Source: the human T2T-CHM13v2.0 reference genome, Homo sapiens
Strand: one strand, 5' to 3'
Assembly (NCBI RefSeq): GCF_009914755.1
Contig: NC_060933.1
Length of the DNA: 64,000 bases
A program made the position numbers and the translations under genes. The first letter of the stretch is position 1. The number at the start of each line of letters is the position of its first letter. Shown here one piece after another: positions 20,343-35,679 of the stretch. The notes below the pieces were generated by a model that had not been told where the DNA came from, did no database searches, and saw nothing but the letters and a program-made list of their open reading frames with translations.

Positions 20343-21038
20343 GTGTGTGTGGTGTGTGGGAGTGGGGAGCAGACTTGTCTTGCTGTCTTTGTCAGAAATT
20401 CTAAGGGCTGTGTCTTTGTGGATTACCTTCTTTTGTTCTTCCTGCCAGAGATCATGTGAGGAGGATGTTGGGGGTAGGATTAGCTTGAATTTTTTTTTTT
20501 CATTACACTCTTCTCCTGTCTGCTCCCTGCTTAGCCCTCTGTTTTCTCATTCCTCTGGAGTTATCTTGGAGCAGCCCCTGTTGTTAGTTGGCTGGTCTTC
20601 AAAACTCTCATGTTTAGGGTTGACAATGTTGGGGGTAGGGGATCCAGCTTATTCTTTTATTTTCAAGTCCATTCTTGGGGCTGGTGGGGAGGCAGAATGC
20701 CCCTCCCTAAGCCCTTAGTGTGTGCTGAGCTTGCTTTTTGATGTTGGCAGTGGAGGGGGAACCTCCCCTCCAGTCTCCAGGGTGGTGACTGAGTTTCCTA
20801 TATCAAACCCTTCAATGGGCACAAAATGGGAGTGCTTGATTTCAGGTTTTATTTTTTTCATGAATGTCCAAATCTGTGTTTCTCCCTGCCCTCCCAGACT
20901 GTGTGGTCAGTTGAAAGTGTCTGGTTTGTGTTCGTCTCTCCCTCATTTCCGGAGCAAGGCCTGAGACCCTGCCACATCTCCTATGCTCTGCATCCATGCC
21001 TCCTTTGGACATTAAAGGTTGACTGATGCAATAATAAT
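20343..21038 (+). pseudogene. Processed retrocopy of an mRNA 3'UTR end (parent unconfirmed)
   Basis: Non-repeat, UTR-like sequence ending ATTAAA (21011-21016), 13 nt, an (AAT)n tail, then the TSD. Confidence 0.75.
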
Positions 21039-22800
21039 AAATCATAATGAGGTCTCACTTTACATTAGAATACGTATTATTAAAAAGCAAAAAAAAATTA
21101 CAGATGCTGGTGAGGATGTACAGAAAAGGGAACTCAAACTGTTGGTGGAAATGTAAATTAGTTCAGCCACTATGGAAAACAATAGAGAAAAAAACTAAAA
21201 ATAGAACTACCATACCACCTAGCAATTCTTCTACTGGGCATTTATCCAAAGGAAATCAGTATACCAGAAGGATACATGCACTCCCATGTTTTTGACAGCT
21301 CTACTGACAGCAAAGATAAGGAATCAACCTAAGTGTCCATCAACAGATGAACAGACAAAGGAAATGTGGTCTAGATACACAATGGAGTACTATTCAGTCA
21401 TAAAAGAGAGTGAAATCATGTCATTTACGGCAACATTGATGGATCTGGAGGACATTAAGTTAAATAAGCCAGGCAGAGAAAGACAAATACTGCATGTTCT
21501 CACTCATATGTGGGAGCTAAGAAAGTTGATCTCAGGGAGGTAGTGAGTAGAATGATAGCCATCAGAGGATGGGAAGGGCATATGGGTGGGAGTGGCTATG
21601 AAGAGAGGTTGGTTAATGGGTACAAACATACAGTTAGATAGAGTAAGTTCTAATGTTTGTTACAAAGTTGGGTGACTATAGTTAATAGTTAACAACAATG
21701 TATATTTCAAAATAACTAGAAAAGAGGACTTGGAATGTTCCTAATATATAGAAATAAATATTCAAGGTGATTGATACCCCAAATACCCTAAATTGATTAT
21801 CACACATTCTATACATGTAACAATATCACATGTGCCCTATATAAATATGTACAAATACTATGCATTAATTAAAATTTAAAAAGCAAGACCAAGGTATGTG
21901 CTGTTAATAAGAAACCCATTTTAAATATTAAGGTAGGTTAAAAGTGAAAAAATAAGGGAAAAAAACAACAGTGCATGCAAATACTGGTAAACTCCAAACA
22001 AGGTCTGTCAGTAGTTTAGTAATAGTATTGTACCAATGTCAACTTCAAGGTTTTAATAATATGGTTACTTAAAATGCTATCTTTGGGGGAAGCTGGGTGA
22101 GAGTACACAGAACTCTCTGTATTATTTGTGTAATTTCTCATGTCTTTACTAGCATCTAGGAAACTGTAACAGACTAACTTATTAGATTGTAAATAGGGTA
22201 AACTCAAATAGCAGACTTAGCAATTTTGTTGAGAAAGGAAGGATGCTGATAGACATGGATTTCTGGATTAGGAAGGACAAGGCTCTGCAGGCCGGTTCAA
22301 GAAAATAAGACTCCCAAGATCCAGTAATGAATACGATTGCCCTACTTCTTCCCGTTTATATGCTGAGCTGCTAGAAGCAGGACTGAAAGAAGTCACCCAA
22401 ATAATAACTTCATTGTTGCTCACTCTCTTCCAGGCAGAAAGAAGAAATGTTATGACAACAGAGCAGCAAGTCCCATGGTCCTAGCTAAAAGGCGGTACGG
22501 CTGTGACTGCTGAGATGGAGAGTCCTCAAAGGTAAATTAATGTGTCAGCAATGAAGGCTTTGCTATTTAATATAGAGCTTTGAGTGACCTGAAGACAGAA
22601 GTTAATTTGGTTGAATTGAGCATGGGTGGCCACTTAAAAGTGAGTGAAGGAAACACCTTGCCTAATAGTATAAAGGCAAACACCTGGTTCCTGTCAACAG
22701 TCCAACCTGGCTTATAATGAGGACAGGGCTCTGGGTGCCAGGGCAGCCAAGGCTGAAAGACTGCAGGGCAGAACACAGTGGGGTGAGCATGGACAGAAAG

Positions 22801-24631
<1,831 letters not shown>

Positions 24632-24929
24632 AAAGTAAGGGGTCTTGGAAGCTGGACACTCATTGGATGCTGGAGATAGATGGGGGAAGAAGTAGCAGCA
24701 GTGCTCAGGTACTGAACCTGGAGACAGTGGTCAATGGAAAAAAATGCTGAGAATCAAATTTCTTTCCCACCACCACTGAGAAAAATAAAAACACAAGAGA
24801 ACACTTTGCAGGCCACTCCACACATTGAAATAGGCAATAACATTTTTTTGCAAGCATAAACACTCAGGCATACTAATGACAATTGTGTGGATATAACAAT
24901 TATGAGCAGATGAACTGTATGCCCCACCA

Positions 24930-26200
24930 CCATTGCTCCTACTGTCATTGTAGACTAGCTTCCTCTGCCACCTGGAACTCCCAACTGGGGGATAACCTGA
25001 TCTTTTGGAATCTGTGCTGTAGCACCTGATGCACATGTTAAACTTCTTGGTCTGTGTTCCTACAGGAAAAAAGGCACTTTAATTCAACTGACAGGGTTTG
25101 GACAGGGCTTGGAGTGGGGAAGGAAAACTGAAATTGTTAGGGGCCAGGGAGAGCTGAGCAGGCACGTCGAACAGTCAAAGCTTTAATCACTTACTGAAAT
25201 AGCAAGAGGTTAAACTAGAGAAAGTGCCAACTCTCTTCTGTCCTATCCCAGCCCCCAAGTTTTTGATGAGGAGCTGGACCCCTCAAAAATAATGTCACCA
25301 TGGTTCTTTGGACATATTCAATGTATGTATAATAGAATTCGTGGATTTTATGCCTGCACTTCTTGGTCTATATCTCATTCCATCTCACTTTCAAGGAATA
25401 CGGCACAGACTGACCTCCCTCCCCAGGTGGTCCAGTATAAGTAATATAGGCCTCCAAGAGGAGAAGTTTCAAAGACTTAATGGCTGCCTGAGTACTCAGA
25501 GAGGCAACAGCTCAATACTAACAATCACAACAGCTGCCTGACCCAGCCACCACATACATCTTTATATGTTAACAAAAGAAGGCAGCTATTAATCTGCTAA
25601 GGTTTTGTTGAAACTTAATGTGACTTAACATGGGTCTTCTGACTCTTTGGCTTGACATCCCCATTTTGGGATGGGTCAACTTCGACTTGATGACTAACAA
25701 GGTGAAAAGTATCTAACAAGCCTTGCTAGTCAAAGAGAAATAGCATAGCTGGCCTGGCCCTAGCAGCTTTTTGGTCCTACATGAAAAAATGGCAGCTATC
25801 CTTTTGGAGGTAAACTGTACGGCCAACTCCACTGCATAAAGCAATCCCATTGGTTCAATGGGGCCCTTGACTTAGTTTCCCCTAAATTTCTGGGTCTACT
25901 TCATGAATTGTTTGGCTACAATGAAACATAATGGAGTCCAATGAGGAGCTGCTGCTGCTGTTCAGCTTCAGTGCCAGCTATGTAAATCCAAAAGCAGATG
26001 TGGCTGCTCCTCTCAATTACTAGAACTCAAGGCAGTCCTCATGGCTCTGGCCAATACTCTCCCTGATGAACCTCACTATGTTTTAATTAGGTTTGGAGCT
26101 GTTGCCAATGGCCTATCAGGTCTGCCACATGAAATCATATAGACTGTCAGATTAAAAACACTTCTCTTTGGCCATTAAACTCAGAGAAATTGCTTAACTT
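24930..26200 (+). mobile_element. Very decayed ERVL-type internal (pol-like) remnant
   Basis: GCTGTTGCCAATGGCCTA (AVANGL, ERVL RNase H-like motif) at ~26100. Otherwise recognisable only by composition. Confidence 0.4.
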
Positions 26201-26249
26201 TCCCAATAATTAAGTAAATGAATATTCAAATTAGATAACACTTCTTATA

Positions 26250-26615
26250 CAGGCATACCTTGGAGATACTGCAGACTCAGTTCCAGACCATCATGATAAA
26301 GTGAGTCACACACATTTTGAGGTTTCCCAGTGCATATAAAAGTATGTTTATACTATACTGTAGCGTATTAAATGTGCAATAACATTTTGTCTAAAAGAAC
26401 AATGTACATACTTAATTTAAAAATACGTGATTGCAAAAAAATGCTGACACAGAGACATGACATGAGCACATGCTGTTGGAAAACGACACCAATACAGACT
26501 TGTTTGATGCAGGGTCGCCACAAACCTTCAATTTGTAAAAAATAAAAAAATTAAAAAAAAATACAGTATCTGCAAGGTGCAATAAAGCAAAGTAGAATAA
26601 AATGAGGTATGTCTG
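26250..26615 (-). mobile_element. Tigger1 internal-deletion derivative (MITE-like)
   Basis: TA|CAGGCATACCT ... GAGGTATGTCTG|TA: both TIRs and a TA TSD. Confidence 0.85.
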
Positions 26616-27139
26616 TACTGACAAAAATGAAAAGCTCAGCAATATCCAGTACTGGCCACAGAATGGATATACGTTACTTTTAAACACTGTTCCTGGCATG
26701 TAAATTGGTGCAGTCCTTCTGAAAGGCAACTTTTCACTGAAAATGCACATACACACTGACTGAAAGATCCCACATCTAAATAGGTATCAAAGAGAAAGAA
26801 TCAAACATATATAAGAGGGATGTGCTAGCAGGTTAATAAAAGTGGGAGTAACATGCCATTAAATTTTACTTATGCCCTCACCCATTACCTACTATTATAC
26901 TTCATTATAATTCCCAACAAACTTTTGGAATCTGTATCTGTACCTACCATTTTTTACTGTTTTCCCCAGGATTCCACGGAAATCTTTTTCAAAGGGTCAC
27001 TGTAAGATAATTAAAACTAATGTCCTGTTAACAATCCTCATTTTTTCCATCACTATAGAGCAGTCAACACAGACTGAAATTACATTTATGGTAATCGTCT
27101 ATCATGTGCTTTCATACACACAAAAATATATATAAAAGC

Positions 27140-27270
27140 TCATATGACCTAATAAACCATCTGAAATAGATGGTATTAATCCTCTCTTACAGATGAGGAA
27201 ATAAGCCAAAGAGTGGCTTGCCTGAGATCACAATCATTCAGGAAAATGAACCCAGAAGATCTAAGTGCTC
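27140..27270 (-). mobile_element. MIR
   Basis: TTACAGATGAGGAAA...TTGCCTGAGATCACA core. Confidence 0.65.
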
Positions 27271-27386
27271 ATCCCACTGATGGCTGGTCCTAGAACTGTC
27301 TTCTACTAGTTCCTTTTATAGTTCTTTTTCCATTATTTAACAAAACTGAAAATCAAGATTATTCATTTTCCTCAATGGATTCTAAC

Positions 27387-27392
27387 TTTATT
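27387..27392 (-). terminator. Distal polyadenylation signal AATAAA
   Basis: tttatt on the plus strand; downstream on minus TCTTGATTTTCAGTTTTGTT is a U/GU-rich element. Confidence 0.6.
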
Positions 27393-29665
27393 ACAGTGAA
27401 CTTGAATGAAACAAAGTGAAAATAGTTAGTATAAGGCCTGGCATATTATAAGGCGAAGTATTCATGTTACTGACTTCTTAGAAGCATATAAAAATAGGCT
27501 AATCCAAGAGTTCAAAAGTATATATGCTCAACTCATTAAAATCCCCACATCTATAGTTACATTAATTTAGATGAAAACCAAGCAACTATCGTTTCATAGC
27601 AATTGGCAGACTTTAATATTCAAGAAAAATTAATTTCATCATACACATTAAAAATATAGGAAATTTCATGCAGACATGAAGCTTCCAATTCAGCTTTTGT
27701 GGCAACTTTTAGAATGAGAGTTACATATAAATACAGTACATTTTACAGTTACCAAACTTCATAATTTTATACTGTGATTTTTACAGCTTCTCCTTATATT
27801 GTACATGTTCCACCTTGCTCACTTGATTAGCATACCCTATATCTGCACTGCTTCAGAATATAGAAATTAAACAAAAAAACATAAGCACAGTGGACTATCT
27901 CCTCCCATTTCATAAAGTAAATGAAAATGTTTGTGTATAAAGCTAATTTAAGAAAAACATTTTAAACTTTAAGGCTTACATACTTTAGTAGCTAGGACTA
28001 AAATTAAGAAATACAAAGCTAAATAAATCCTCCAGTGATACTTCTATTATTGATTGATACCACATTTTCAAGTTTAGAATATATTAACTGCAAAAGCTGT
28101 AAGAAAAGAAGTGATGCAAATTTGTATAGAACATTTAAAAAACAATATTCATGATATGAGGGATAAATTAACAAATGAAGTAACTGATTTCAGAATTAAC
28201 TAAAACATATGCTATAATTTAGAAATTTAACATTATTAAAGAAAACCTAATAGAAAAAAAATTAATTAATAAAGCCAACCCACCAGTGTCAACCTGTTTT
28301 TGCCTGTGACAAAAACAAAGATCATTTGTTTTGATACAAGTTGTAAAAAAGTGAATACTAGTCAGTGAATAAAAAGCATGTCTAAGCCATTGAAAAACAG
28401 CATGCATTCCTTTCTGTTCGATTGATTTTTAAAAAATACTTATGTACTTTGCAAGTTTTCTTCTTTTAAAACAATAATTTGAGTTTTTTTTTTCTTCCTT
28501 GCCACTAAATTCAAACTCATTCATGTAAGTAATAAGAATTTCCACCAAATGAACATCTGCTAAGTATTGAGGGACACAAAAAAGAGAAATCTTAAAAAAA
28601 AAAAAAAAAGGTTACAGTCTTCCCAATTTTGACATGTCAGATTAACTACATGAAACCCTCTATTGCATAGTGAGAGTAAAGGTCACAAAAGTCCCATCAC
28701 TGTACACGGAAAAGGTCCCCCCAACTAGTAAGATGCCAAATAGGGTAGTGACTCCCCAGCCTAAGTGACAACAAAGGTCTAAAGATTTACAAGTAACTTT
28801 TCCTATTAAAACATGACATTTATGCGACCAGCACATTACTGAGATTAAATCCATCTAATTTAAATTGCCACAGAGGTCATTTAAAGCAATCACAATCATC
28901 TGTGAAAATATTCAAGAAGAGTTCTTCCTTTTCTCCAAGAAAAGGCTAAAACATTAGTCATCTCTACTTTCCAAGCTACTGGAAACAGAATATCATACAT
29001 TAAAAAATACAAAGGAACACTCCCTCCAATAAAGATCTGCTAGAGGTAGAAATTTAAAGCAGCATATACTGTTTAAGCTCCATCTATCAGGGAACAAAAT
29101 TGGTATTAATCTGAAATTACATGATGGCTGCTGCTTACAATATTGAAGACACAGACCACGGGCAGTAATATATCCCTGAATTTCATAATCAAAATTCCCC
29201 ACATTAATACTATTATGACAGTTTTTCCTAGTATATAATTTTTTTAATGAAAAAAGTGCTTGCTTTCATAATCCAGATATTCTAAAGAAAAGACATTATT
29301 GTAAACATCACACTGTCAAACTCTGTATTCATTTAGAGTCTGAAAATCACATATTTCAAATGGGTAAATTTTATTCTTATTTTCTCTGTTTCCTAGCACT
29401 ACTTTTAATAAAGGCTTTTTATTTCTCACTTTGAATGTTGAGATCTCGTATATTTCAAAGTGATCCATGATGAGTATGCTTTCATAAAGTGTTCAGTTTA
29501 TTGTGGCCAAAAGACTTTGATATTTCTGTTACTTGAATATATTTTACCGGCCTGTGATGCTATTAAATTTAACATTTCATAAAAAAGAAATGTTTGATGC
29601 TTCTTTAAGTTCATCTGAGCCAGAAAATACAAAATTAAATTAATCTGAATGATAAAATAGACACA

Positions 29666-29839
29666 GGCCAGGCGCGGTGGTACATGCCTACAGTCCTAGC
29701 TACTCAGGAGGCTAAGGCTAAGGCAGGAAGATCGCTTGAGTCCAGGAGTTTGAGGTTACAGTGAGCTATGATCGTGCCACTGCACTCCGGCCTGGGAGAC
29801 AGAGCGGGATCCTGTCTCTGAAGAAAAAAAAAAAAAAAA
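29666..29839 (+). mobile_element. FRAM-like Alu monomer inside the CARNMT1 3'UTR (antisense in the mRNA)
   Basis: Right-arm-type monomer plus poly(A); TSD-like AGACACA/AGACATA. Confidence 0.85.
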
Positions 29840-30339
29840 GACATATTTTACGCATAGTTTTCTTAGATTGAAAGTGAACAAAGTCCCAACTCCAGATGTT
29901 GAATATGACTGAGGATCCTTAGACTCTTCTAAAAGTTACATGTGCAATGCATACAAAACAACAAAAAAAGGAAGATTATTATGTACTTCAATACTATTAG
30001 TCATTAATTCGGCAGACTTGCAATGGACAGCATCATGAAGACACTGGAGATTAGGTTTTTTTCCTACTGAAACACAATTCTGGGCTTCAAGGAAAAAGTA
30101 TACTTCAAGACATTTCCTCCATTTTTACTTGTGTAGTACAAATCTGCATGGCATAGTATATTTCTGAAAAAGCAATAGACATATTAAGAAAATAGACACT
30201 ATTTCTAAATTTCGTTAGGAATAAGAAGGCACCACTGATTTGAGGTTGTGTCCTGTCATCACTGATAGTTGATTTTGAGTCGTTGATTTCAGCATTTGTT
30301 CTTACTAAACTTTTTTCCAGGTGGTATCACTTGAGACCA

Positions 30340-30441
30340 TTATTGTGGCTTACGGACCACAAACAAGACACATTCATAGTAGTATTTCATCATAGAGAGA
30401 TCATTCACAGTATATGTTGACAATACAGATTCTTTTTCCAC
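30340..30441 (-). CDS. CARNMT1: CARNMT1 last coding exon with TAA stop
   Basis: tttgcattgcAG acceptor; [33 protein letters not shown]; stop at 30342-30340. Confidence 0.96.
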   Translation of the reverse strand: MEKESVLSTYTVNDLSMMKYYYECVLFVVRKPQ

Positions 30442-30489
30442 CTGCAATGCAAACAATAATCATAATACTATGACAGTCATCATGACCAC

Positions 30490-30690
30490 ACCACTAACAA
30501 ATTCTGAGCACATATGTATCAGTGGCAGGCACTATTTTAAGCATATTCATTTATTACATACAACTACCCCCATAAGAGAGGTACTATTAATATTAGTAGT
30601 CTCACTTTACAAAGAACAGTCACACTAGTAAGTGGTGGAACTGAGATTCAAACTCAGGCAGTCTTGAGCTCTGAACTACTATAATATGTT
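30490..30690 (-). mobile_element. MIR
   Basis: CAGGCACTATTTTAAGCA...GTGGTGGAACTGAGATTCAAACTCAGGCAGTC. Confidence 0.7.
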
Positions 30691-31039
30691 GCTTCTCGTC
30701 ATTCTTAAAAACAAACCTATTGTTTCTAAAATGGAATGCTTCTAAATAAATGAACTGAAACACAATAGCCAAAATATCACAAAACTTTATAGTAATGCAC
30801 ATGATTAAAAAAAGATGAAGCAGTACACAAGGACATATTGTGAATATCCCTCTTACACCTGCCCTCCGACCCCCTTTTGTTTTCCCCAGAGCCTACTCTA
30901 CTTTCTATCAGTGAGAGTCTGTAAGATCAGTATTATAATGATCGGCTACCATTTATTGAAAGGCTATTTCACCAGAAAGTAGTTTTCCCTTTATGTACAC
31001 ATTATCCCAAATCCTTATAATTCTGAAAGCTAAGGAACA

Positions 31040-31355
31040 CAGGTCAAGCATCCCTAATCTGAAAATCTGAAACGCTTCAAAATCCAAAATGTTTTGAGCG
31101 CCTACATAATGCCACAAGTGACAAATTCCACATCTGACTTCATGTGGCAGGTGGTCAAAATTTTAAAATATTGTATCAAATTACCTTCGGGCTATGCTTA
31201 TAAGGCATATATAAAACATAAATGAATTTCACATTTAGACTTCAGTCCCCTCCCAAGATATGTCACGTATATGCATATATTGCAAAATTGGAAAAAAATC
31301 CAAAATCCCAAACATTTCTGGTCCCAAGCATTTTGAATAAGGGATACTCAACCTG
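31040..31355. mobile_element. Tigger4/MER46 DNA transposon
   Basis: TIRs CAGGTCAAGCATCCCT / AGGGATACTCAACCTG|TA. Confidence 0.8.
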
Positions 31356-31479
31356 TATTATCTTCCCTTTATAGATAAGAAAACAGAGAATTCAAATAGT
31401 CACTAACAGCCATGATATCAACACTTCTGTTGAGGTGCTTTGGGAGTTAAACTTTGGCAATATTTTATTCCATTCTTAC

Positions 31480-31583
31480 CTCTACCTTGAATCCATACTG
31501 CAGAACAACGTTTTTTATATCCTCATAGCTCAATTCTATGGAAAGTTCATTTGCCAGATTTTCAAAGTGGTACAGCAGAGGAC
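31480..31583 (-). CDS. CARNMT1: CARNMT1 coding exon (probably exon 7), 104 nt
   Basis: ccatAG acceptor; (G)[34 protein letters not shown]; donor GAG|GTAAGA. Confidence 0.96.
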
Positions 31584-32132
31584 CTATGGTTTAAAGATAC
31601 TATGAATTACTTGAATATAAACATACACTCATAGCTGTGTTACACTGAATTCCAAGTTGAGTAAGTTAGGTACTGGATGAGACAAACATAAAAAGTCTGG
31701 GCATTTGCTGAAAATGCCCAGACCTCTGAAAATTTGGCCTAGTATCTCAAGAGTTGGGCCTACACTCATGAGGAGTGAGTCCCTCTGGCATACCTGCCTT
31801 GCACTGTGATTCACACCATGGGCCTTCACCTTTAACTTGCAAGTTACTGAAGGAGTAGATGAATCAGAGAATGCTAAGTCCTCAAATTCCAAATGTATTC
31901 TGCAATTATAATTCCATAAGCAAATGCAAAACTGCAGTTACCAACTGTATATCATATGAAAACAAAGGAGGAGCCTCAAGTTAACCTAGGTAGTAAAAGG
32001 TGGACAGGAGTTATATGGAAGGTTTCCTGAAAGGAAGAAGTAACATTAGAGCTGGCTTTTATTTTTTTAAGTGCACTGTTCATATCCCAGCTCTAACATC
32101 TAATAATTGTGTGTCTGTGGGCAATTCAATAA

Positions 32133-32452
<320 letters not shown>

Positions 32453-33754
32453 TGTAGTATGACTTTAATGTGAGATAATATGTATTACACCTGTCATAAA
32501 CAAGGCACTAAGTAAATGGCAGGTATTACACTGTTTATATGACATCCTCCCTTTACTATTTGCTCATTCTATACATTCAAGAAATGCACATATGATTTAA
32601 AGCATGATTTTCAAATCTTTCAATCTATCATTTTGCCCAATCCATCAACCTCATCCAGGAACCATTATCACTTAACACAGTTATATATACCTCAGGCTAA
32701 TCTAGACAATCTTCTCTTTACCTTTCATTGGGTTAATTATAAATCCTGCAACCAGCTCTCTACTCCTACTCCCCATACAATGTGCTAATCATGGAAGACA
32801 GAAGTATTTAATAACAAGACAAAGGTTCTGCTACCAAGAGGCTTAACATTCTGTGGATCACAGGGTAAAAAAGTTTTTCTTTCTCTCTCCTTTCTGTATC
32901 CTACATAAACGACTAGAAAAAATGACCATGAATATAATGTATATGTTAGTGCTACTTACAAAAGATAACAATGGTTCCTTATCAAACTACTCTATCAAGC
33001 TGAAATTTGTTATATTAGTACCAGTAAAAATGATTGTTTTCTACCATTTCCTGAGCACTGCTGTTTCCTAGACTACCCAAAGCTTTTATAAGAATGCAGA
33101 GCCTCACAGCAGAGTCTTTCCAGCTTTTAAAGATTATGCTGTTCCTGTTCCATTAAGAGCCTCCAATAACATAGTTTTATTATCTCTACATACATACATA
33201 TATTCCAATGATTTTTACATACTTAGACCATTTTTACCTCTAGTCATGGTGTGTTCCACCTAGAAAGCTCCAACCCTCCAACTCAAGCTTTAGCCGTGCT
33301 TCAAAACCTTGCTGAAATCCATCCAAGTCTTCATCCCTACTGCTCATTCTTCTTAATGTGGCATATTTTAACACTCATTTAATGCTGTGTTGCATTGCTC
33401 AGTGAAAATTTTTCAGGCAATTAGCACAGTTTTCTCACTAGATTACAAGTTATGTAAGTCAAGGAACACATCTTAAGTTGCTTTTGAACCCACCACAATG
33501 CCTAACTTAGTGCTGAATTTATAAATTTTACCAAAGACAACAGCTGGAGTGTATATTTTTAGTCTTCTAATACAATGGTACTTTGACAAATATCCTTGTG
33601 CATATTTTAGATTATCCCTTACAAAGATGTTTCTTGAAGGCCAGAGAATAAACATTTTTACTGACCTGATTCAGAATGCCAAAAATGCTTTCCCAAAGAG
33701 TTATAAGTTTTCACTCACAATTGCAATAAGTACTTATTTCAGCATCTTATATTA

Positions 33755-34385
33755 AATTGTGGGAATGCAATAGTACAGTCACTTTGGAAAACACCTTGCC
33801 AGTTTCTAAGTTATAGATACACTCACCATATGTGACCCAGCAATTCTGTTAGGTACGTATTTACGCAGGATAAATGGAAATTTGCAGCCACACAAAGATT
33901 TATACTCATATTTAATGCAACTTTATTCTTAATCATAATAATTTGGGAATAACCCAAACGTCCACCAACCAGTGAATGGATAAACAAAATGTAATATATC
34001 AAATGGAAAACTAGTCAACAATAAAAAAAGACCACCACAACAGTACATGCAACAAAATGATGAATCTCAAAAGTGTTATGCTAAGAAAGCCAGAGACAAA
34101 AAGCAGCATACTGTATGATTCTATTTATATGACATTCTAGAAAAGGGAAAACTATAGTAACAGAATCCAAAGTAGTGACAGCATGGTATTAGGAGTAAGA
34201 GGAGAGAATGGAGTACAAGGGGACATTTTGGGGTGATGGAAATGGGAAGATTCCCTGTCTTGATAGTGGCCATGGTTACACAATTATCCAGTTTTCAAAA
34301 TGCATCAAACTGTACATTTGTAAAAAGGGTGAATTTTATTATATGTCAATTATATCTCCAAAAAAATCCAACTTAAAAAAAAAAC
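33755..34385 (+). mobile_element. L1M (ME-like) 3' end
   Basis: GACCCAGCAATT...AGTGAATGGATAAACAAAATG...ATGTCAATTATATCTC. Confidence 0.75.
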
Positions 34386-34629
34386 ACAACAAGAATTTTT
34401 ATTAAACAAAATATTTGCTAATTTGATATGGGGAAAATTATATATAATTTGAATTTGCATCTCTTTGAGGCTGAGCAGTTTTTCATATTCACGACCTAGT
34501 TGCCCATTCTTTAAACAAATGTTTACCAAGCACCTAGCTAATGTCTGGCACTGGATATATATGAAGATGAATAACAGAGACACATTCCTCAAAGGGTTCT
34601 TTATTTTCTCAACTCTCATGTCTCTTCGT

Positions 34630-34790
34630 TCTTTTTTTCTTTTTTAATTTTTAATTATTTAACTTTTTTTTTAGAGACAGTGTCTTGTTATATTACCCAA
34701 GCTGGATTAGAATTCCTGGGCTCAAGCAATCCTCTTGCCTCAGTCTCCCAAATAGCTGGGACTACAGGCATGCAACACCACACGCAGCTT
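34630..34790 (-). mobile_element. Alu monomer
   Basis: Reverse FLAM/FRAM-like sequence with a T-rich tail. Confidence 0.8.
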
Positions 34791-35247
34791 TCTTCATATT
34801 CTTTTAGTGGCCATAACAGAAGGAGCAAAGATATGTTTTTTTCTTTGATTATAAGATCAAAACTAGGAAGCTGAGATAACATGAAAAAGCATTAAAAAAT
34901 TAAAAAATCACCTATAAGTCTAACATTCAGAGTAAGCACTTGAATATTTATCTCCTTGCAGTCTTTCCTTGATGTACAGTATATTCCATATACAGTTTTA
35001 CATCTTATACTTCATTAGGAACATTTCTCTATTTCATTATTTCTAGAAAATAGTTTTACTGTATGAATGTCTTATGACTGTCCACTCCATTACTGTTAGA
35101 AATATAAGTTCACTCTAAGTTCTTGCTGAGTATGTCTGTCCATTTCATCAGTCTTTAGTCCGCCCATATCTGATTATTTGCCTCTGACAGACTTCTAGAA
35201 GTATAATTAATCTAATAAACATAGGTAATAGTGGATTAATTATGTAA

Positions 35248-35418
35248 CAGGACAGATGGCAAATAGTTGAGGCTTTGTGTCCCACTTACAGTGTCTAGCA
35301 TATATTCTTATTTGTGTTTTTCCCCATTACCCTTTAAGAATGTAAGAAATACTTGTAGTGGTAGGGCCATACAAAAATAGGCTACAGGCCAAATTGGGCT
35401 GTAGTTTGCCAACCCCTG
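35248..35418. mobile_element. MER58 (hAT-Charlie) fragment
   Basis: Ends GTAGTTTGCCAACCCCTG. Confidence 0.65.
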
Positions 35419-35679
35419 ACTAAATGTATGAATATTTAAGGTTTTCCCACACACTATTTTATAACATGTTACTGTTTTTCTAGAAGAAAGTCATATCATT
35501 TTACATCCCCACTAACAGAACAAGAGCATATCCCATCTCACTGTACTTACCTAAGCTTTAAGTAAGCAAATTTAAAAACTTAGTGAATATGATAGGTGAA
35601 AAATGGTAGCACATTTATGTTTATTTACTTAACAGTGAGAATGAACATTTTTTTCTGTATATAGGTTGTTTACATTTAT

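Larger units (their letters stand above)
27365..30339 (-). other. CARNMT1: CARNMT1 3'UTR (~3 kb, AU-rich; end approximate)
   Basis: Repeat-poor AT-rich sequence after the stop, ending at an AATAAA (27392-27387) followed by a U-rich stretch. Confidence 0.7.

Noticed and set aside
20347-21026. ORFs of 66-123 aa in the retrocopy segment
   Set aside because: Mostly non-ATG starts and no recognisable protein; the segment has the features of a 3'UTR copy.
27365-30339. Roquin CDE stem-loop in the 3'UTR
   Set aside because: No clear UUCYRYGAA-type hairpin was found by eye.
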